Below are positions 10,819 through 24,240 of a DNA stretch of 64,000 bases, in pieces. The stretch comes from Sminthopsis crassicaudata (Eukaryota), in the NCBI RefSeq assembly GCF_048593235.1, contig NC_133622.1, forward strand, positions 241,893,198-241,957,197, given 5' to 3'. Every line of letters starts with the position of its first letter. The first letter of the stretch is position 1. A model generated the notes under the pieces. The model worked only from the letters and a program-made list of their open reading frames with translations, searched no databases and was not told the origin of the DNA. A program made the position numbers and the translations under genes.

Positions 10819-13513
10819 TTCAAAAATTTATTCTCAATGTAGCCTTGTCATTGTGATCAGTCACTTAACCCTGTTTGAGTTCATTTTCTCATATGTAAAA
10901 TAAATTGAGAAGACAATGTCAAACCACTCCATTATTTTTTTCAAGGAAACCCAAAATTGGGTCACAAAAAAGTCAAATTTAACTGTAAGAACTGTACAGC
11001 ATCAATGAACATTTGGCAAATTAACAAACACAATTATACATGAGAATCTCACACTTACTCATTAGTCAATAGATGAGAAATCTGTATATTAAATATAAAG
11101 GATGAAAGTATTCTTCAGACTTCAATAAATAGAATAACTTAAATTGGTACCTTTTCACAGAGTAGATTAGTGCACACAATTTGTGTCTATATTTTAACTC
11201 AAAAAATAACAAAAGAACTATTAAAACAGTGCTTAAAAGTTAAAAGTTAGGAAAAATTGATTTTCTATAGAAAAATATTATTCTTCTCCAAGCTATGTGA
11301 AATAAAAAAAAAATCCAAAATATGGAAACCAATCAAAAAAAATCAGACCAATTTTTTTTAATGGAATGAGTTATATATCATCAAAATGCTCCAAAAATAT
11401 ATTCTGTGAGTCTGTACACAATAAATTGACATCCTAATACTTAAAAAAAAAACAGTTTTCATCTATTCAGTCATCCACAGACTATAAATGAAATAAGATT
11501 ATCAATAGGTTTATGACTTACATAGGACAGAATTCTTTGTAAAATGATAATGAAGAAATAATGGTGATGACAATAAGGTCTTAAATTGAAATGTGTCGAC
11601 TTTTGTAATTTTCAAAATGTTTTGGATGCATAATTTCAATTAATCATCAAAACAAAAGGAAGGCAAAGCTGGAAAGATGTTTTCCCTTTCACAGATGAGA
11701 AAACTAATACTTGAGAATTGCAATATCTAAATTCAGTTTATTGATTTACATTATGATGGACTTAGAACTCTAAATGAAATCCAATCATATACATCATCTA
11801 GTGTAAAACTAAGTATTTCTTTGCCTTTTCTAAGATTCAGAAATAGAGTTTGAAGATGGGTGACAATAAAAGCTTAAATGATACTGACATTCTCAGAGAA
11901 TCATAGACATTAACCTGAAAGGAATCTCATAAATTACCTATGCTAATCTCTTTATAATATAGATGAGTAAGTTAATACCCAATAAAATTAAAAAGTGCAG
12001 ATAATAAGCAAGAGAGACTCAAATATGTATTTTGTGAATATAGATTCATTGTGTTTCATACCTTTATTCAATTAAAAGAAGAGTTTGTTTTTATTTTCTT
12101 ATTGTTTTGCTTTAATAAATATTAATCCCCTGCATCTGCATATTCATTAAAAACCCAAGGATTACTACTCCATCATTTTACTTATTTTTTACATGAAATA
12201 GATTGACCAGACTCATGTCTTAGCTAAAGTTGAAATGCAGTATAATTCAACATGGTAATGTAATATGCATGCATTTGTAAGTCCATATATGTATATGCCT
12301 GTATATATGTATACATGCCAACATATACACATATAAGTGTATATATGTATGTACACATGCCAAAATATTTCTGTGTTATTTTAATGTAAAATCCTCTGTT
12401 TAATATACACTGAATTAGGATTAAATAGACAAAGAGTTCACATAAAATATTGAAATGAGGAGAAAGATTTAATGAATTGAATGTGATCATTTGTTAAGAC
12501 AGATGAATGAATCTATAAACATGGTATTTTAAACATTAACCACAAAAAATAAATATTTATGAAGAGGAAGTATCCCTCAACTCATTTATGTATTTCCTTA
12601 AATGCATGTTCAATAATCACCTGTTGTGTTCAAAGTTCATGAATATATACAAGATATGATTAACATGTAAAATGACTTAGAATCATGGAACCAACATTGG
12701 GGGGGGGAATGTATGTGTGTATATGTATACACTAGTTAGCAAATTCATTATATAAATTTCATTATGCATTCATTCATAGATGTAGAAATGTCAACTAAAT
12801 AAGATCAGGAAATATCACACAGAAGAAATAATGAAGTTGAGACAGGTCTTGAGAGAATTGGATGATTCTGATGACAGTTATTTAATAAAAATTATCCAAG
12901 CAAAAAAAACAATTTTGAACAAAGCTAAAAGGGGATAACATAAGAAACCACATTAGACTAGTACTAGGTAGGGAAATTAATGATATATCTAATTTTTTTC
13001 ATATATTCAATATCTTATATGAAAGCTATATAGCTTCTGGTATCAGGAAAGAACTACTTTGAAAATAAAAAATGTTAACTATGAAATGGTGTATATGAAA
13101 TTTATGGATTATTTCAAAGTTTTTACTAGATTCCCTCTCTTAGATCTATTTCCTTTTCATCCAAATATACAAGAAAGGAAGTGATAGAACATTACTACAC
13201 TATATGATACAGAGTCAATCAATATTTAACCAAAATTCACTGAAAAATTGGTCCTTGTGACAGAGAAAATTGAATGATAACACTTAGAAGTAAACCTTCA
13301 AGAATGAAACATTAAATCCTAACTACAGAATGGAAGATTAATATATATGCATGTTTGTATATGACCTGAATGATATGGGAAATCATTTAAATAGTATCCT
13401 CTGTGTCCCCCTCTGCTCCATACTTTTTGTTTTTCTATCATAGAAACTGATGCCTTGGGAAAGAAAGTGGCTGATTCTGATAAATATTTCCACAATCAAA
13501 AGAAATTGACCAA

Positions 13514-14449
13514 ATGGAAAAGGGCAATGTTACATTAGTGCTGGAATTCATCCTCTTGGGATTTGCTGACCTTCCCAACTTCCAACATCTTCTATTTGGA
13601 ATTTTCCTAGTCATCTATCTGTGTATACTTATAGGAAATGGTCTCCTCATTGTCATTACTAAGACCAATCCTGCTCTTCAAACCCCCATGTACTTTTTTC
13701 TTGGACATTTTTCCTTCTTAGAAATTTGTTACACATCAGTTACTTTCCCTAGAATGCTAAAAGATCTTTGGACTCAGAAGAGAAATATTCCATTCCTGTC
13801 CTGTGCTATGCAAATTTGCTTCCTTTATATTCTAGGAGCTGCAGAATGCCTACTTCTGGCTGTGATGGCTTATGACAGATATGTAGCCATCTGTAAGCCT
13901 CTTTACTATCCTCTCATCATGAATCACAGGGTATGTGTTCAACTTGTTATCGCTTCCTGGATCACTGGGACTCCAGTTCAGATAGGACTCACAGTACCAA
14001 CTTTTCTCTCTGAATTTTTGTGGCCTAATAAACTCAATCATATTTTTTGTGATGCTCCACCATTACTGGAAGTTGCCTGTGGAGACACATATCAGAAAGA
14101 GCTCTCTGTTCATTTTACTGCTCTCTTTTTTGTCATGATTCCCTTTCTGTTGATATCTGTATCCTATATCAAAATCATAGCCACCATCCTGAAGCTGCCA
14201 TCAACCTCAGGGAAATCCAAAGCCTTCTCTACTTGTTCTTCTCACCTCATGGTTGTATGTTTATTCTATGGTTCTGCGAGTATTGTGTATTTGAGACCCA
14301 AATCCAGTCATTCGGCAAAATCTGACAAGGTCTTTTCTCTTTTCTATACTATTGTGACTCCAATGTTAAACCCTTTGATATATAGCCTGAGGAATAAGGA
14401 TGTAATTGCTGCAATAAGGAAAATCCTTCCAAGGTGTCGTGATTCATGA
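13514..14449 (+). CDS. OR10AG1-like: Olfactory receptor (OR-B), OR10AG1-like, open 311 aa but with an 11-codon compensated frameshift in TM4/ECL2 (function uncertain)
   Basis: All OR motifs present, but codons 161-171 read VPTFLSEFLWP instead of YQ(I/L)FSLNFCG(S/P); C169 lost; TGA>TGT stop loss adds CRDS. Confidence 0.85.
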   Translation: MEKGNVTLVLEFILLGFADLPNFQHLLFGIFLVIYLCILIGNGLLIVITKTNPALQTPMYFFLGHFSFLEICYTSVTFPRMLKDLWTQKRNIPFLSCAMQICFLYILGAAECLLLAVMAYDRYVAICKPLYYPLIMNHRVCVQLVIASWITGTPVQIGLTVPTFLSEFLWPNKLNHIFCDAPPLLEVACGDTYQKELSVHFTALFFVMIPFLLISVSYIKIIATILKLPSTSGKSKAFSTCSSHLMVVCLFYGSASIVYLRPKSSHSAKSDKVFSLFYTIVTPMLNPLIYSLRNKDVIAAIRKILPRCRDS

Positions 14450-14788
14450 ATCATATGAATATAGAGAAAAAAAATTACTGTACCCTTTACTTGTCCCATT
14501 GGTACTAAGAAATTGATTTCTGTTCTGTCATAAGACATCTTCAGTATGCTGAAAAGAAAGTATGAAAATTTATATTTTAAAATGCCAAACATTGGCCTGA
14601 AACATCCAGTTTGTTTTACAAAGCCTTGATTGGAGTGCTGAAACTGTCCTTTTTCTCAAGTGGTGTCTATTTTCAACAGAAATATCAAGTGGAACTTTAC
14701 CACATTTTGTCCTTTTGTCTTAAAAACATTCATACTTTCTCCTTCTACTCATAATTTACTTCTTTATATATTGGCCATTGTAACTATA

Positions 14789-14791
<3 letters not shown>

Positions 14792-14836
<45 letters not shown>
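14792..14836. repeat. (TG)n microsatellite
   Basis: Direct read. Confidence 0.95.
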
Positions 14837-14841
<5 letters not shown>

Positions 14842-15040
14842 CAATTCAATTAACATTTTAATTGTCCACTATGTGGCAAGAAATGGGCTAAATACTGGGA
14901 AGAAATATAAGAAAAAGAAAGATCTCAAAAGTTTAAAATCTAAAGGAGTAAGAAAATATTAAAAATAAGCTGAAGTTTGGCTAGCAATTTGGGGTGGACA
15001 CTAAGGACTCCCTAGTGCTGAAGACATGATGTTTTATGAA

Positions 15041-15131
15041 AAGAAGGAGGGAGAGAAAGAAGAGAGAGAGAGAAAAAAAGAGAGAGAGAGAGAGAGACAG
15101 AAGGAGAGAGATAGTGAGACACAGAGACACC

Positions 15132-15195
<64 letters not shown>
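15041..15195. repeat. GA-rich microsatellite, orthologous to the purine tract at 1975-2170
   Basis: Direct read; same position in the duplicated OR 3' flank. Confidence 0.9.
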
Positions 15196-15198
<3 letters not shown>

Positions 15199-16467
15199 GT
15201 ACTTCAGATCACTCTTCACACTGCATCAAGATGAACAGGCTTCTGGCTTTCCAAGAGATATTCTAATCTTTCCCCAATAAATCAGCAAAGCAATGAATAA
15301 TCAATTTTCTTGTAGATATAGCTATACAATGGTCTCTACAGTAACATCATTGCAAATTTCTGAAAGTCCCAAATGATCTTGGAAAATGTTACAAATGTTA
15401 TTTAAAAAAAAAAAATGTTACAAAGAATAAAAAAAAAAATTCCAACATGGAGTAGAAGTAGACACAATTGTAATCATACATAACCTACTAGCCACTACAA
15501 TAAAAGACCTCAGCTCTTGCAACATTATATATGGAATAACAAAATAACTAATGTGATGGCTGAAAATATCATACCCAGAAAAATTGAGAAGACAAAATGG
15601 TTGTTCAATGAATTGTGAGAGAATCCTTCCCTTCTCTACATATATGACATGTAGACAATCCCTTGCTCTTCTAATTTCTCATGATGTCATACTTTGTCCT
15701 AATCATATACTCATTTTGCTTATTTCCTTGTTTATGGAACATTATTTATTCTTTGTGTTTTTTAGAATTTTTAAGTTCTAGATTCTCTCCTTAGCCTGAC
15801 ACACAATTAAGAAAAGAAATATGTGCAAAACATTGCTATACAAGTTAAGTTTTTATATGGATATAATAATTATTAAGTAGACATTATGCTCAGCACTGGG
15901 GATACAGATACAATAAGTAAAAAAGCCCTTACCCTCAAAGAGCTTACATTTTAAAACTCAGATGAGACAACCCAACAAGGGTATTTGAGTCAGCAAAATC
16001 ACAGGTATGGTGTGTAAAGTCATAAAGCAATTCATTGACCCCTCTTTTCTAGAATGGTAGTGTTGGTTTGACTATTATTCTTAGGTAAAGTTGGCAAGTG
16101 ATTAAAGTTGGATGTAAGGGGAGAAGTTATTTCCCTCCACTAGAAATATAGCATGAAGATAGTGTAGTGAGTCTGGGCCAAGTTACCTATGGTGAATTCT
16201 TACCAATCAGAGACCAGGTGTTCAAGGAACCAGAACAGAACTAGAGTTGAAGTGCCAGATTTGGGGTTAGAGAATAAAGTAAAAAGCATTTAACTTTAGT
16301 GTTGAATTTTAGTTACCAGACTGAGCATACAGAACAGAGTCAAATTAGAAATGACTGAGTAGAAGAAATTCTAATAACATAAAGATCAAGTTAGTATATC
16401 TCCTTCAATTCATTTCCATGAAGTTGATAAAATAATACAATAGAATAAGTCCTATCAGTTCTCCAAT

Positions 16468-16620
16468 CCCAGACAGAAAAACTGGGTTCAAATCCTCTCT
16501 TTGCACTTACTATTTTTTGACCATCAACAAAGCACTTCGTGAGACTCCAGTTTCCTCATTTGCAAAATGAAAGGATTGAATTACACAGCTTCCGATGACG
16601 CCTTTTTAACTCTAGACTAT
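16468..16620 (+). mobile_element. MIR-type CORE-SINE remnant
   Basis: CTGGGTTCAAATCC ... CAGTTTCCTCATTTGCAAAATG core. Confidence 0.65.
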
Positions 16621-16794
16621 AGTGTCCTGATTTTTCTAAAAGTCAAATTATGAAAGAAAACATAAATCTCCTACCTAAATGAAAATAAAAAACCTTAAGA
16701 AAAATTAAAAGAGAGAGAGAAGAGGAGAGAAAAAGAGAAAGAGAGAAAAAGAAAGAGAGAGAGAGAGACAGACAGATAGACAGACTGCTTCATT

Positions 16795-18452
16795 CTGAAT
16801 TCAGACACAATCAGTTTCTTCTCTGAGTATGGATAAAATTTTTCATCATAAGTTCTTTAGAGGAGTTGTGGATCATTGTATAGCTGAGTATAACTAAATC
16901 ATTCACAGTTGGTCATTCTGGAATACTGCTATTACATTTCACTTTGCTTGAATTCATAGAGGACTTTCCAGAATATGTTTTTTGCTTGTTTGTTTATTTG
17001 TTGTTGTTGTTTTTTTCCTGAGAGCATACTGTTCATCATTCTTCATAGAACTATATTGTTCTGGCACAAACACATACCAAGTCTATTGAGCCATTCCTCA
17101 GTTGATGAGTATCCCTTTAATTGTCATTTTTTTGCTTTAGAAGAGAGCTGCTATTTAAATTTTTTTTTTATATATAAATCATTTTCCTTTATTTCCTGAA
17201 TCTTTTTTGGTATTCATCCCTATCTGTAGTATTGTTAGGTCAAAGGATATGCATGACTTTATAGCTCATTGGTCACAGAACATGGCTTTTGATAATTTTC
17301 AACAGAGTCATGGCCCTTATTTTTTTCATAAATTTTATAAATTTCACTCAGTTCCATCTCTGTTTGAGAAATGAGGCTTATTAGAGAAACTTGCTTCGAA
17401 TTCTTTTTACAATTACTGTTGCTAACTATATTTCCTCCCATTTATTCTCTCTCCTTGAACCTTGTCCCTCCTCAATAGTGATTTACTACTGACCACTTTC
17501 TCTCCCAATATTCCCTCTCTTTTATTACCCTCTCCCTCTTTCCTTCCCCTCCTATTATCATGCAAGGTAAATATATATTTATATACTCTTTTTGAGTATG
17601 TATGTTATATCTTCTTTGGGCTAGTTCTGATGAGAGTAAGGTTCACTCATTCATTCTTTCCTCCTCTTTTTTCCCCTTCATTGTAAAAACATCTTTTGCC
17701 TCTTTTTATGGCAGATAATTGGCACCTTTCCACTTCTCCTACTCCCTTTATCCCAGCACATTCCTCTCTCCCCCTTTAATTTCATCAATATTTAAAACTA
17801 TATTATTCCTTCATATTCAACCTATACCTGTTCTCTCTGCCTATATATAATCTTTCTAACTGCCATAACAATGAAAACATTCTAATGAATTACAAGATCC
17901 ACCCATGTAGGAATGTAAACAGTTAAACATTATTAAAGTACCTTATGATATATCACTTGTCTGATTACTCCACTATGCTTTTCCAGAGTCTTGTATTTAA
18001 AAACCAAATATTCCGTTCAGCTCTGGCCTTTTTTATCAAAATGAAAAATTATGTTTCATTGAATGGCCACCATCTTTTTCTCTGAAGGATTATATAAGTT
18101 TTGCTGGGTAGGTGATTTTTTGGTTTTAATTAAAGTTCCATTGCTCTCTGGAATATCATATTCTCAACTCTCCAGTCCTTTAATGTAGAAGCTACTAATT
18201 ATTTTTGTTATCCTGACTGTGTCTCCACTAAACTTCTGGATTCTTGCAATATTTTCTCTTTGACCTTGTAATTGTTGAATTTTGCCATAATATTTTATGG
18301 GAGTTTTCATTTTGAAATCTCAGGAGATGATTGGTGGATTCTTTCTATTTCTATTTTACTCTCTGATTCTGGAATATCAGGACAAATTTCTTTAATAATC
18401 TCTTGATGGGATGTCCTGGTTCTTTCCTTTTTTTTTTTTTTCTTTTTTTCTT

Positions 18453-18485
<33 letters not shown>

Positions 18486-19350
18486 ATCATCACTTTTGGG
18501 TCAAAGAATAATTTTTAAATTTTCTAATTTTAATTTTTTTTTTTGTTTTCTTTATTGTATCTTGATTCCTCATAAAGTCATCAGCTTCCATTTGCTCAAT
18601 TCTATTTTTAAGGGATTATTTTCCTCAATAAGCCTTTTCTTCCTTTCCCAACTGGCCATTTTTTGCTTTTTAAAGTATTCTCCGGCCCTTTAGCTTTTGT
18701 ATTTCCTTTTGCAGCACTCTCACTTCTTTTCCTAATTTTTTCCTATATTTCTCTTGTTTTTCAAAATCCCTTTTTAGCCCTTCCATGGCCTGAGGCCAAT
18801 TCTTACATTTCTTGGATGCTTTGGATATATGAGTTTTGACTTTATTATCTTCTGAATGTGTGTTTTAATCTTCCTTCTCTCCATAATAACCTTTAACATT
18901 TATAAACTTTTTTGTTGACTTCCCATTTTCTTAGCCTATTACTTAGCTTATAGCTATTTGTTAAAGTAGATTTTTTTTTTTCCAGAGTGGAGGGTGTACT
19001 GTCCCAAGCTTCAGGGGTTTTGTTTAGCTTTTTTCAAAATCTTTCTAGGAATCTGACCATAAGCACTCTTAGGTAACCCCTGTCCTACTGTATCTATACA
19101 TTTAGGTAAAGCATCAGATCTCTGTTTTACTAACTCTGGGACCACCAGGGTTTGGGCCAGGGATCTCTTGATGTGATCTGCTCTGGGATTTACACTAGAC
19201 TTCTACCCCACTGACTGTGACCCTCTTTGCTAACTTTCCAAATCCTTCCTGGTATCACAGGATGAAGAGGGCCAGAAGCCTTCAGTACTGCTGTTGATTC
19301 ATTGATCCTTGATTAGGAAGGCCATAGTCAGTGCTAGGGTAGGGTTGGGG
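16795..19350 (-). mobile_element. HAL1-like L1 derivative (3'UTR, short ORF2 remnant, spacer, ORF1, 5'UTR)
   Basis: L1 3' end 16795-17255, same spacer/late-ORF2 junction (17381-17427) as at 6764-6812, ORF1 remnant about 17990-18960. Confidence 0.7.
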
Positions 19351-19599
19351 CCTATTTACATAATTTGTTATCTTTCTAATTTTCTGGCAGGTAAGATAGA
19401 TTTTTATAAAGTAATAATTTTATATATTATTCCCTCTTTCTCACAATATTGATGAGTGTAAAATTCAAATGATGTACATCTATCACTCTCCCATCCTTCC
19501 ATTCACTGTAAGAGATTTTTGTGTCCCTTCATATAAAAAAATACCCTATTCTATCTTTTCTTTCTTTCTGCATTGAGTGAACTCTTTTTTCATCATTTA

Positions 19600-20285
19600 A
19601 AAATATATTTTTGTCATTTCCTCAAATTCATCTTATATTGTTTCTGTCTGTTTCCTTGTAGATTTATTTTCATTGACCTCATAGTTCTGAAATTTGAATA
19701 TAATGTTGCTTGGGATTTTATTTTGGTATCTTTTTCATGAAGTGATCTCTGAATTCTTTCAATCCTCTTTTGTCTTATGATTCCAGGACATTTGGACAGT
19801 TTTCCTTCTTAATTTCTTGAAAGATGCTATCCAGACTACTCTTTTGATTATGTCTTCTATGGAGTCCAGAGATTCTGAGTTTGTGTCTCCTAGATCTAGT
19901 TTTCAGGTCACTTGTGTTTTTATTGAGGCATGTTATATTTTCATGTATTCCTTCATTGTTTTGAAATCTTCCACCTGGCCAATTATGATTTTTAAGGAGT
20001 TGTTTTCTCAGATTTATACTTCCTTTTATATTTGACCAGCTGAACGCTTTAAGTTGTTTTCCTCAGTGGATTTTGTATCCTTTTTAACATTTCACCATGT
20101 CAACTTTGTAAGTACTTATTTTCTTTTTCCTAGCTCTTATTTTTTCTAGACTTTTTTTTTGTCATTTTGCCAGTTTTTTGACATCGTTGCAGTCTTTTGA
20201 GTTTATGTCTTAATTGCCCCTGTTACCCCAATAACTTTTTATATTCAGATTCTTTTTTTGTTTTTACTTTTGCCCATGTTTTCAA

Positions 20286-20322
<37 letters not shown>

Positions 20323-20740
20323 AAAATGTAAGCTATATTCCAAGATTTAAAAAAAGGTCCAGTTTCAGGCTTGTTATTCTAAGGCATCAAGGCCTTGACT
20401 GTTTATCTGATGCTGCACTTAGAAGATGGGATGGTATCATGAATGGTGAAACTGAAGGCCATAGGGGTTTGACAGCTTACCTGGCACTGAGCTACGATTC
20501 TTGTAGTTGTTTCTGGCATATGCTAAATCCTATGGATTTTTTTCTACTTTTCTCTAGGGCTATGCTGAAACATAAGAGAACAGAAAACCCATGGAGGTTG
20601 CCTGTTTGTTCATGGTTGTGATAAACCACATAATGGTTTCTGGAGACAAAATCTGCTCATTCTCCTGGTTATGCTGAAGCATGTGGAAGATGGGGGAGAG
20701 GTTCATATTTTTATTTGCCTGCTCCACTGCACTGGGGCTC
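19600..20740 (-). mobile_element. Degraded L1 ORF1/5' region
   Basis: Reverse-strand ORF1 hallmarks (TTTCTTGAAAGATGCTATCCAG, CCTAGATCTAGTTTTCAGG) as in the other ORF1 copies. Confidence 0.55.
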
Positions 20741-21118
20741 AGGCTCTCCCAAAGGTTTGCTGATGTGGGTGTATTAATAATTTAAACAATATTTTCATGA
20801 AGTTGCTAATCATTGTCTTTTCTTCTTTTGTTAATTTTTCATCTCAGTTGACCATTTCTTTCATTAAGGAGTGGTTTACAATGTTATTTTTTGTCTGATT
20901 TAACAGTCACACAATGGTCATACTTGGTCATATTTATTATAACCATGTTTTCATTATAATATTTATCTTCTAATTCATTTTTGTCATGTTTGTTCTCTCT
21001 CCTCTTTCTATGTATGTCTTATAAATACTGCCCTCTGCTCTAAAAAATATGCAACTATGTCTATATGTAAAAGACTATTCATACTAAGGAACATTTTAAT
21101 GGATTCAATTAATGATAA

Positions 21119-21120
<2 letters not shown>

Positions 21121-21163
<43 letters not shown>
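21121..21163. repeat. (TA)n microsatellite
   Basis: Direct read; orthologous to the (ATCT)/(CA) tract at 7822-7880. Confidence 0.95.
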
Positions 21164-21167
<4 letters not shown>

Positions 21168-22034
21168 ACACATACATACAAAACAAATCAGAATCACATA
21201 CATGTATATACATAAAAGAGATTCAGCTGCAAAACAGGTGAAAGCAGATTTTAAGAATTAAACACAAGTGACTGTCAAGGTCCAAGTACATCAAATAATA
21301 CAGATAGATGGTATAGCAGTCACACAAATAAAAGATTAGGAAAGGAGAGTAGCCTAGGACTAATTTTTAGCAGGTTTTCTAGCCCTGAGTCCTTCCTTAT
21401 TTTAATTTTATCATTTTAATTGGTGGTTTTGTGCTAATTCAATTTCCCTATTCAAGATAGACAAGTATAAGAAACATGTAACTCAATCTGATGCATTCAG
21501 ATGAGATCACACTAAAAGAGTCAAATAACTGATATACAGTTATTTAATAAAAAAAGTAACAAAACAAAGATTCAAACCCATAAATTATCACTGACAATCT
21601 TAGGATTCCTTATGATTATATTCTGGGTATCAATGCACTATAAGGCTACTGCTATAACTTCATAAATATGAAGAGGAAATGCTAGGTAAAAAAACACCAA
21701 AACCTTACTTTCAGCAGTAGAGCCTAAAGAAAATATTGGGTTGATTACATGATACAAGCAGCTGATTGATTTTCACCTAATTGCATAGATTAAGCATAAA
21801 ATAATAAAATTTTATAATAATAAGTATGGTTATAGCATTCTACCTTTTGTTATCTTATTTTTTCATTGTAACATTAGGTATCAAAGAATTCAAAATATTA
21901 TCATTCCAACTTTGTGGAAACAGGTTAAGTAAAGAGTAATGACCTTCCAATTATTAGATAGTTAGGAATTAAGAAAGCCAGGGCCACCATATGGTCCCAT
22001 GGCTCAAATCCCTAGATGTCTACTCTGTATAACA

Positions 22035-22135
22035 CAGTCTCATTAAGTAATACTTAGAAGACCGGACTATGAGCCAGAAGACCATTTCCATTAAAATGTT
22101 GTTAGATTCATGGGAAATTGTCTCAAGAGAACATA
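22035..22135 (+). promoter_or_regulatory. Putative OR promoter of OR-C
   Basis: CTCATTAA 22039-22046, CCATTAAAA 22088-22096, TCTCAAGAG 22121-22129 (YYYCARRRR); homologous to 8685-8780. Confidence 0.7.
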
Positions 22136-22468
22136 GAAGGGCAGAAATCATTTCTACTTAAACAGTGTAGTAACTGGATCATTTTTGGAAGAGGTCTGAT
22201 TCCCCTTTCAAAGTTATATGAAATACTGTAGTAGATGATAATGCTTAAGAAAGTAAAAGAATGACTGGGAGGAAAGGTCTTGAAATCCCTGAATTCAAAA
22301 CTCCATCTGACACTGAGCCAAATTATTCAATATTTTGAAGCGCAGTCTTCTAATATATGAAGTGCTACCTATATTAGAAAAATGGAGTGAAAATAATAGG
22401 TAATAATATAGGTACAGAGCTTCCCAAACATTTAAACACCTTATTTTTGCTAATTATTATTTTCTCAG

Positions 22469-22527
22469 ATTGTTTGAATTAAGAGAAGCACCTGAATATG
22501 GTTTGATAACATCTAATAAAGGTAAGT
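22469..22527 (+). other. Putative 53-nt 5'UTR micro-exon of OR-C
   Basis: Branch-like GCTAAT, acceptor ttattttctCAG ending at 22468, donor AAAG|GTAAGT with GT at 22522. Confidence 0.75.
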
Positions 22528-24029
22528 GTGAACTCTTTTGCTTGACCCCCCCTGAAAAATCTCTGATTATGAGGAAGTTTATATACCTCTTCATCAAAAA
22601 GGTTCTTGAAGTTTTAAAATAGAAAAATAAATCATGACATTCCGGAGGGGCGGAAAATGGCCAAAAAATTAATTTTCCCACTCCAAACTAAGTTCTGATC
22701 TATCAGTTTACCAAGAAAAAAAATAATAAAAAAGCAAAAAAGTACTATGTATTTCATTTCCATGTAAATAACATCTTTTTTTCTGTTGTTGCTTATTTCT
22801 TATTTATAAATATTCCCAATTTTTTTTTCTATACCACACTTACCTAGTATAGTGCCATTCCCATATCTTTTGTAACAAAGAAAACATAAAAGAGAAAAAG
22901 CATTAAAGAAACCATATTTATAACATATTTAACTGTTTTAATAAACTGTTTTAGTTTCAAAATATTTTCTATGTCACTTACAAAGATAATATTTAACATA
23001 TTTTTCAAATTTTGAATTAAAATATAATCATTGTTTACAAATATGCAACTGATAAGTTTTTAATTCTCTACAACCATTTTTCTCTTGACCTAGGATATTA
23101 AGAGCTGCTGAAATGCATCTCTTCCAGAGGTTGATTGTTTATTAGAATTGATATTAATTCACCTGTGTCTTAATTTTCCCTGCATTCACATTACTATTAT
23201 TATTGTGGTTACAGTTATACTGATTGTATTTCTTTGCCCTGAAGATATTTATAATTTATTTTCCCCTATTTTAGTTCTTCACATACATTTTCCTCATATT
23301 ATGGCATTTCATTCATCCCCACCAAAAAACATTGTGGGTTTCACATCTAGAATTTTTTTTTTCATTCCATGTTTTTCCCCCTCTTTCATAAAGCAAAGAT
23401 AGTTTTTTGTATACTTTCTCACTGTGGGACCTGTGTATCACTGACTTCCTTAAAGCCACATTAGTGATATTCCTGAGTCAAAGGCTGTGGATAATTAATT
23501 GACTTATACTTGCATAATTCCAAAAAGTTTCTCAGAATATTTAGAAGATTTAACATTTCCGATAACAATGTACTAATATGTTTCTCTTCTCTAAGATGGA
23601 CAAAAAGTGATTGTCTAATTTTTATCCTATTAGCTACTTTGTGATTTGTGAAAAGGAAAACAAAGCTTTTAAATCATGATTTTTCATTTAGCAAAAATTT
23701 TCTTTATTAGTAAAGTGTTTTTAATGACTAATGATAATTTACAATTCATATTTTGTATATACCATCTGCTCATATTACTTTATTATCTACACAAGAATAA
23801 TGGATCTTGGGATTTTCTATCAAGGATAATTTCAAATGTATTTTGAATAACAAAGTTTGTCAGGCATATATTAAAATTACTTGTGCTTTTTTTTAGAATT
23901 ACATTTGCATCAACATTTTGGTAAAATAGCTTTTTTTATTTTGTCTAACTAAAATGACTTCTGTTGTTTGTGTTCTCTTTTGTCCCTTATTTTGTTATTC
24001 ACATCGCTTCTTATTGGAACATAACTGTT

Positions 24030-24240
24030 GGCATAGAATGAAGGAAGACATGAGATCCAATCCTTCTTCTGATATTTGATCATTCTAGGAACTTTGTCAA
24101 GTCAATTAAGCTCTCTGACTGTTATTTCCTCTGTATAAAGGAGATCACAATCACTCACACCTCAGAATTGCTTGTTTATTGAATAAGAGGGAGTATGTAA
24201 AATCCTTGACAAACCATGAAACCCAAAATAATAGCTACTT
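24030..24240 (+). mobile_element. MIR-type SINE remnant
   Basis: Degenerate head, core and ATGTAAAATCCTTG tail. Confidence 0.55.

Larger units (their letters stand above)
7331..15195 (+). repeat. OR-B duplication unit, homologous to about 20742-29100 (OR-C unit)
   Basis: Colinear blocks: 7331 vs 20742 (GGCTCTCCCAA.GGTTTGCT), 7870 vs 21220, 8700-9200 vs 22055-22530, 10860-13513 vs 25230-27430, CDS and 3' flank up to the GA repeat. Confidence 0.85.

Noticed and set aside
15036-15266. Arg/Glu-rich ORF, and similar Ser/Leu, Val/Cys and Tyr/Ile ORFs elsewhere
   Set aside because: Translations of microsatellites.
16040-16380. Possible old LTR (AATAAA near 16273, ends TAACA)
   Set aside because: No TSD or clear 5' terminus could be established.
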